From Candidatus Hodarchaeota archaeon (GTDB taxonomy: Archaea; Asgardarchaeota; Heimdallarchaeia; Hodarchaeales; Hodarchaeaceae): a DNA stretch of 12,601 nucleotides. The position numbers and the translations under genes are program-made. Location: contig JAEOTC010000152.1 of NCBI GenBank assembly GCA_016840035.1, forward strand, positions 1 to 12,601. The letters are read 5' to 3'. Numbering within the stretch: the first letter of the stretch is position 1; each line of letters starts with the position of its first letter. Under the pieces are notes generated by a model. It was not told the DNA's origin. It saw nothing but the letters and a program-made list of their open reading frames with translations, and searched no databases. This document shows, piece by piece, positions 8,301 through 12,601 of the stretch.

Positions 8301-9047
8301 AATATAACCGAGGTTTTTGTATACACATCCGTCTGGAATTCGACTACAAGTTTTTCAGATGAATTGTTTGAAGTACAAGTTCAAGGGGATCATCATAAGG
8401 TTTTTTGTGTCATTTTAGAGGATCCAGATTTCGGAAATCGGTATGGTTCATGTGAAAACTGGGATGGATCAAATTTATCTGATGGATATAGTGGTAGTGA
8501 TTGGAAGTACCAAGCTTGGAGTTCTGTTGATTGGTGGTATAACCAGAGACAAGATATTAATATTGACTTAATCCCGCTCGTTGACTCATACAACTTTACG
8601 ACTAATACTACCGAGCTTCCAGGAGATACACATGAAGGGTATGCTCGTGCAAAAGATTTTCTAGGATTATTCGGGAACTGGACTGAAGCTAGTGGAACTT
8701 CTGCAGCTAATCATGGATTTGATTTAATTTGGTGTCTTATGGGATTTGTTAGTGGTCCTGCTCATGGTGGTTATAATCGAGTTATGATAAAATGCGTCGT
8801 GGCAAGTTCATATTGGAATTATCCGTATGAAAATGATTCAATGTTCAAAACTCTTCAGCATGAACTAGGTCATGTATTTCATGCATTACATATCAATAAA
8901 CCACCAATGAACTTATCTATGGATGATCCAGATAATCCTTGGGTTATGAGTTATAAGCGGATCTGGAATAATTGGGATTGCCACACTTTCATTGATTACA
9001 ACTTATCTGTTATTTCAGATAATGCAGATAAATTTGATGGAGTATAG
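5340..9047 (+). CDS. Large exported multidomain glycoprotein with C-terminal metzincin-like zinc metalloprotease
   Basis: Basic plus hydrophobic N-terminus (KKKKKPIKYLLVGTLLLILIIGAIPL). A beta domain ends in QIDPS (~6672); a DNRLRE-like domain ends in FSDSQ..DPKLSFTY (~7250); a carboxypeptidase-regulatory-like domain starts ASISGYVTDTDNTSLAGIHVDLY; an Ig/CARDB-like module spans 7953-8375. HELGHVFHALH (8859-8891) with Met-turn-like WVMSY. More than 20 N-x-S/T sequons. Confidence 0.82.
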   Translation: MNTPQIKKKKKPIKYLLVGTLLLILIIGAIPLKEVDLNDSSGKRMVVDSLSLPSSQVTAVEDTEITEEALPADHDITSFSESAVKGSVSQQIRIPDPTGNTAGYIINDTTESFELMQSRGQTSRHWYDPVMDEYQYSSDSLVNQTGTLIETDWVTEDEFLYRFFIQFQTGSRVTFNSYLDIATYITTLDPASIWAVGFEGFSGAMAFYLNSADLISGHGQYVYWPRLLNGQLTAFDHPIFAFYPHLYVKIESEWIDQILCDRSLFSNGLIPSIASLDFYASETEFGITYTVSNAQIQDTTWTIKHGFKYRMNNQQFHKITELICHNQDLDDVSLTYDITHSPQASNTDFEPETYRIKNSTDQILLPANMPWNAEERLDEFETNIEIISINKQGLRFSFGDLELSGFTKPILELISQSMPDESFKMVLRAGMTGLGSLQKEQWLQIDPSTGTIYSTDNYDLYKACGAGSYTTGDTVMKVGIVGGYPTSSAALAYMAFNTGINDIIDSISSPSMQIYYTTGDTFESDEGISLRVYNIVGSGNGADSNTLKEDSQSYSLGTNSLETLVWGHQSSAGYASADTNDLDDLLEYWALYRGSSENWVSFRLEGYGMDAFTSDAAIFSDSQTSGTSQDPKLSFTYAFSETASISGYVTDTDNTSLAGIHVDLYQDSTSLKVAGDLTDSNGFYEFSIEPSSSTHLLYAWDPDYLTQNIGLTPRNHKEVNFTLAAETIPSPQAPLGCHDPSNYTGGSSWLNVTSAYSNGTYYAIGNDSTNNITYNTYNWDVPGNDTQDYGKIKGVYVLIHWKSVINDRVAVRLRWSSSNGDWHNLAANSSWNLAKLNYTDAATWYLNKINSINFRVEIGFLSQNSVDAVLIDWVGTLVEYYDVRAEDIVIASGSSKGINQTFGLKFKNYGTLTPSTTVDVKVKIEALNYTNYHTWVDEEYHYLIGTLDPGETSSVPMYRYFPYIFQGYNDSSCENWDGWFAMNIGVYNITEVFVYTSVWNSTTSFSDELFEVQVQGDHHKVFCVILEDPDFGNRYGSCENWDGSNLSDGYSGSDWKYQAWSSVDWWYNQRQDINIDLIPLVDSYNFTTNTTELPGDTHEGYARAKDFLGLFGNWTEASGTSAANHGFDLIWCLMGFVSGPAHGGYNRVMIKCVVASSYWNYPYENDSMFKTLQHELGHVFHALHINKPPMNLSMDDPDNPWVMSYKRIWNNWDCHTFIDYNLSVISDNADKFDGV

Positions 9048-9100
9048 ACTTCAATAAACACTCATTAACTTTGATATACAAAGTAAGGGAGTTCCTACAT

Positions 9101-9113
9101 CTTTTTTTTTCTT
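9101..9113 (+). terminator. Oligo-T tract, putative archaeal intrinsic terminator
   Basis: CTTTTTTTTTCTT about 55 nt after the stop of the protease gene. Confidence 0.4.
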
Positions 9114-9222
9114 ACAAACCAAATTTATTATTACTGTCTTAGAAAGAGAAAGGTTAATAAAGTGAAAAACAGAGTATATCATAAACAGGACTAATGAAAT
9201 ACTTGCATAATTGTGCTTCAAG

Positions 9223-9858
9223 ATGCAAAAAAAGTACACTTCCAAGAAAACTATCAATATGTTCTTAATACTATTCATATTATCTGAGATAATACTCCTC
9301 ACTTCCTCTGGTTCAATTTTATCAGTTCCCAATAGCGAAATTAGTGTAGAGGTCATCGGTTATTGGGATTCAGACCTACCATTTCAATACCCTGTTGAAA
9401 CACCTGATAACTGTACCTCTTATATACCTATTACCTTCGATGCTGGTTTTCCATACACATCTGTTGTATTTCGGATTATTTATAATGGAATAGGTGAAAT
9501 AAAGATTCTAAGAGCAATAGTATGGGAGGAAATTACATGGTGGGATTGTACTTGGAATTGGACGACTCCAAAATCCTTAACTGTGAACCAACGAATTCAA
9601 TCTGGTTCTTATTTCGACTTTGCCATAACAGACCGTTCATTTATTCTTGATCAATCCAATACAATAATTTTTACACAAATTGAGTGGGAATATCAGGGGG
9701 TCATTTATAGAACCAAGCTTGAGGTGGAAATAAGTCCAAATCTTACCAATTACCAATCATGGACATCGGATCAAGGAGTAGCAGCTGATATTTCCTTTTT
9801 ATTACTTTCTCTGTTAGGAATAATACTGTGGTTACGAAGACACCTTATGAAACGATAG
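9223..9858 (+). CDS. Exported beta-rich protein with C-terminal membrane anchor; candidate protease partner/inhibitor (family X, copy 1)
   Basis: ATG 9223 (track start TTG 9211). Basic then hydrophobic N-terminus; C-terminal TM plus basic tail FLLLSLLGIILWLRRHLMKR. Homologous by eye to the ORF at 12013. Confidence 0.75.
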   Translation: MQKKYTSKKTINMFLILFILSEIILLTSSGSILSVPNSEISVEVIGYWDSDLPFQYPVETPDNCTSYIPITFDAGFPYTSVVFRIIYNGIGEIKILRAIVWEEITWWDCTWNWTTPKSLTVNQRIQSGSYFDFAITDRSFILDQSNTIIFTQIEWEYQGVIYRTKLEVEISPNLTNYQSWTSDQGVAADISFLLLSLLGIILWLRRHLMKR

Positions 9859-9915
9859 ATCTAATATGAAGGGTAATTTTTTCAATAATCCAAACAGTAA
9901 CATCCCACTTTTTCT

Positions 9916-11070
9916 TTGGTTCTTCGAATACAAAGGTTTCCTGACAATTATCCTCATTCTCTTTTCGATTGGGTCGGTACTCGCGTTGAATACACAGACA
10001 TTCGACCTGTGGATATTACGTTTGCTTCTGGTTCATATAAAGGGACAAACCAATCATTCGGATTGAAATTAAAGAATTTCGGATCAGTTACGGTTTCTAC
10101 GGTCCATGCTCGGGTAAAAATTGAAGCACTAAATTATTCTAATTATCATATTTGGGTAGAAAAAGAATTCTCTTACTCAATAAGTACTCTCGAACCAAAT
10201 GAAACCTCCAATTCATTATATCGGTATCTTCCTTATGTTTTTCAAGGATATAATGAATCATCGTTTGAGACTTGGCGTGGTTGGTATGCCATGAATATTG
10301 GAGCTTATGAAATCACTCAAATCTTTCTTAATTCAACTAAGGGAACGTGTACTACAACCTTCTCAGACGAAATATTCGGAGTCACATCTTACACTCATAA
10401 AGTGTTTGTGCCTGCACTTGTATATGATGGTAATTCTGTTGATTCCGTAATAGATAGCTTCGATGATTTAGAGGTGAATGAAATGTACGTAAATACTTCG
10501 ACGGGGTGGAGTTCTACAAGTTTTTCAACATATTTCTCGACAGATTTTCTCCCCATATTAACCTTTGAATCAAATGATAGCACGTCCAACGTTAAATTTG
10601 ATACAACATGGAACAACTGGTTAAGAAATGAAGCAAGAATACTTCTGGGTCTAGAAGGTAACTGGAGTAATGAAATCGGTACAAGTGCAGAAAATCACGG
10701 ATTTGATCTTTTATTTGGTACAATTGACGACCTAGGATCAGTAGGAGTAGCGAGTTCAAATATGTTCTCTGTTGATGATGACCACATTAGTGGATCAAGA
10801 GTCTATTTGCACGAGATTCTTCACACCTACATGCATAATGCTACAGTGGAGACTCCATATAGTAATGTTGAGCACTTAGAATACTATCCAATTTACAACG
10901 CTACATACAACGGAACTCACTGGGTGAATTGGGTATGGAATGATACCTACCAGATTCATAATTATTTTGGAGGTTATATTATGGGCGGTGATCCAACTTG
11001 GTATCTTCATCTCGATACAGAGGAGCGAGTAACTGATTATATCAATGAATATGATGGATATGACGGATAA
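9916..11070 (+). CDS. Orphan C-terminal module (Ig-like + HExxH zinc protease) paralogous to the C-terminus of 5340..9047; 5'-truncated cassette or pseudogene
   Basis: From DWVGT (9967) to 10383 it is about 60% identical (86/141 by manual alignment) to 7953-8375. Shares HKVF and LGLxGNWxxxxGTSAxNHGFDL; has HEILH (10810-10824) and YIMG. No ATG or signal peptide in frame at the 5' end; in-frame TAA at 9898. Confidence 0.82.
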   Translation: MVLRIQRFPDNYPHSLFDWVGTRVEYTDIRPVDITFASGSYKGTNQSFGLKLKNFGSVTVSTVHARVKIEALNYSNYHIWVEKEFSYSISTLEPNETSNSLYRYLPYVFQGYNESSFETWRGWYAMNIGAYEITQIFLNSTKGTCTTTFSDEIFGVTSYTHKVFVPALVYDGNSVDSVIDSFDDLEVNEMYVNTSTGWSSTSFSTYFSTDFLPILTFESNDSTSNVKFDTTWNNWLRNEARILLGLEGNWSNEIGTSAENHGFDLLFGTIDDLGSVGVASSNMFSVDDDHISGSRVYLHEILHTYMHNATVETPYSNVEHLEYYPIYNATYNGTHWVNWVWNDTYQIHNYFGGYIMGGDPTWYLHLDTEERVTDYINEYDGYDG

Positions 11071-11110
11071 AAACAGATTAAAGACTCTCAAAGTGATTTA
11101 CGCAATGAGA

Positions 11111-11140
11111 TTTCTTTTCTCCTCCTCCTTTTTTCTCCCC
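11111..11140 (+). terminator. Pyrimidine/T-rich tract, putative terminator
   Basis: TTTCTTTTCTCCTCCTCCTTTTTTCTCCCC, 40 nt after the stop at 11070. Confidence 0.35.
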
Positions 11141-11171
11141 GATAATTCCTTGTCAACCAACAAAATACAGG

Positions 11172-11188
11172 GGGAAAATCTTTATATA
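11172..11188 (+). promoter_or_regulatory. Putative BRE + TATA box for 11248..11955
   Basis: Purine run GGGAAAA followed by TTTATATA (11181-11188), about 60 nt upstream of the ATG. Confidence 0.5.
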
Positions 11189-11247
11189 GAGGAATAACAT
11201 ACAATCCTCAGATTTATACCAGTAAGGAACGTTTTCCCAAGAAGATC

Positions 11248-11955
11248 ATGAAAATGAAATATTTCACAGTCACCTTCATTAGCGTTTTCTTTTCACTTGC
11301 CCTTCTTTCGCAAACTATCCTCATCACTGGTATTGATGATACAGCTCTCCCTACTTCCTTCAATAATCCCGTTAACTATACATTGGGAGTCCAAGTCGGC
11401 GATGAGAAAATCTACGTTGTGGAAAAAGCCTTCCGTATACTTCCAAATATTGGAGCTGTAAATAATTCCTTTTGGACAATTTTTGATGGATATCTTGCTC
11501 TGAACCAAGAATTAAAAGTAAAAATTATTGGGATTGAAAATGAGAATTTCTTCTTTGACATCCTACTCAAAGGAGATAACGGTGAATATCATCTGGAGAA
11601 GACATATAGTGTTTCACGAAAATATTACATCAATCCAGACAGATATTTTCTTACAACTACTAATCAGACCTTACTTGAAAACATATTGAATGAAAAGACT
11701 TTCTCATACGAAATAAAAGGCAAGGTATTGAATGTCACCAGGAGGTCACGTGATTTTTATCATAGTGTGTTTTATGATCTCAAAACAGGCTTCCTAATCC
11801 GAGCCTATCAAAGATCATGGAATTCAGAGCAAGTATTGAGCGAATCTGAAATCCTCATGAAAACAACAGCCGGAATTATCCGTTACCACTTCTCGTTTAG
11901 CTGGTCGTTCTGGTTCATCCTCATCATCCTCGGTTATCGAAAATTCAACCAGTAA
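11248..11955 (+). CDS. Exported protein of unknown function with signal peptide and C-terminal TM/basic tail
   Basis: Signal MKMKYFTVTFISVFFSLALLS; segments LGVQVGDEKIYVV and YDLKTGFL; C-terminus WSFWFILIILGYRKFNQ. Confidence 0.75.
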   Translation: MKMKYFTVTFISVFFSLALLSQTILITGIDDTALPTSFNNPVNYTLGVQVGDEKIYVVEKAFRILPNIGAVNNSFWTIFDGYLALNQELKVKIIGIENENFFFDILLKGDNGEYHLEKTYSVSRKYYINPDRYFLTTTNQTLLENILNEKTFSYEIKGKVLNVTRRSRDFYHSVFYDLKTGFLIRAYQRSWNSEQVLSESEILMKTTAGIIRYHFSFSWSFWFILIILGYRKFNQ

Positions 11956-12012
11956 AATATCAAATTGTATAAAACTGTAGTAAGCTTAATTTCCAAAGAA
12001 ATCTACAAAGGA

Positions 12013-12600
12013 TTGAAGCTATTCTTTCTCAAATCAGTGGTTTTTCTGCAAGCACTTAGCAAATACTTGGTAATAATTCTGGTTGTATCTGTCATTACTT
12101 CAAAAGATATAAGATCCAGTCAAAATATTGCGACAATAGAAACTTTCACAATTGAAATTCTGGGTTGTAGCAACTGGATTGATTTCATACCAGGTCCTTG
12201 TCCTCCTGGAGTTAGTCAATGTGGGTATGACACTCAAGGTTATGATGAAATGAACTTTAACTTGACTTACTTCGGTTCCTTCTCTATTAACATATCTCAA
12301 ATCTCTGTTTGGCAAAAATTGCGCTTTATTGGAATCTCTTGGAATCACTCAGCTTATTACCCCATTCCTGTGCCGAATGTTTCTTTAAAAACTGGTGACA
12401 GTTACTATTATACCGTAAGAGATATTTATACCTTCTATGATGCAGTGAACCTCTATCCTCACGGCCCATTCTATACGCAGATTATGGATGATAAAAACAA
12501 CACCTTCTGGGTAAGAACAGTAGCCCCTGATGATATTACAGTATTTAATAACACTGAACTACTTGAAAATACACATCTTTACCCAGCTATTCGGAGTACT
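12013..12600 (+). CDS. Exported protein, diverged paralog of 9223..9858 (family X, copy 2); 3'-partial
   Basis: Not in the ORF track. The frame is open from 11956 to the window end: (M)KLFFLKSVVFLQALSKYLVIILVVSVITS..FTIEILGCSNW..YDEMNFNLTYFGSFSINISQISVWQK..SWNH..NVSLKTGDSY..FYTQI..WVRT. Start uncertain (TTG 11965 or 12013, GTG 12037). Confidence 0.78.
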   Translation, partial: MKLFFLKSVVFLQALSKYLVIILVVSVITSKDIRSSQNIATIETFTIEILGCSNWIDFIPGPCPPGVSQCGYDTQGYDEMNFNLTYFGSFSINISQISVWQKLRFIGISWNHSAYYPIPVPNVSLKTGDSYYYTVRDIYTFYDAVNLYPHGPFYTQIMDDKNNTFWVRTVAPDDITVFNNTELLENTHLYPAIRST

Positions 12601-12601
12601 C

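Noticed and set aside
2095-8593. Short alternative-frame or antisense ORFs in the track (2095, 2780, 3953, 4715, 4777, 5270, 5502, 6213, 6422, 6811, 7381, 8393)
   Set aside because: They overlap long motif-bearing genes and have no recognisable motifs; shadow ORFs.
7953-10383. Duplicated region as a diversity-generating retroelement TR/VR pair
   Set aside because: Differences are not confined to adenines, identity is too low, and no reverse transcriptase is present in the window.
11131-11178. Imperfect inverted repeat TTTTCTCCCC...GGGGGAAAA
   Set aside because: Short, low-complexity arms with a ~29-nt loop; adequately explained by a terminator tract plus BRE.
11953-12012. The ORF at 12013 is in frame with 11248..11955 across a single TAA (possible readthrough or split gene)
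   Set aside because: The upstream protein ends in a TM/basic tail and the downstream one has its own hydrophobic leader and an independent paralog, so these are two genes.
9051-12348. Antisense ORFs 9051..9356, 10395..10616, 10876..11091, 11293..11508 and 12100..12348
   Set aside because: They lie opposite better-supported plus-strand genes; 12100..12348 is antisense to the family X paralog.

Overview
AT-rich archaeal window. The BHB-type tRNA introns, TATA boxes and sequon-rich surface proteins point to archaea; Asgard-like is my inference from protein style only. The left end looks like core genome on the minus strand: a DHH phosphoesterase 5' fragment, an HDIG hydrolase with a probable CTG start, and a tRNA-Pro(CGG) interrupted by two non-canonical introns (D-loop and T-loop). 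A plus-strand accessory-looking block follows. It holds a YprA/MrfA/Hrq1-like SF2 helicase fused to a metallophosphoesterase, a degenerate PD-(D/E)XK-wHTH protein, and then a cassette-like array. The array is a 1235-aa exported multidomain zinc metalloprotease, a small membrane-anchored partner, a start-less 'orphan' copy of only the C-terminal Ig+protease module with a divergent active-site region, another exported protein, and a diverged paralog of the first partner that is missing from the ORF track and runs off the window. The best candidate for a new system is this array, organised like a polymorphic toxin/immunity (protease/inhibitor) locus with swappable C-termini. All functions are inferred by eye; no database searches were run.
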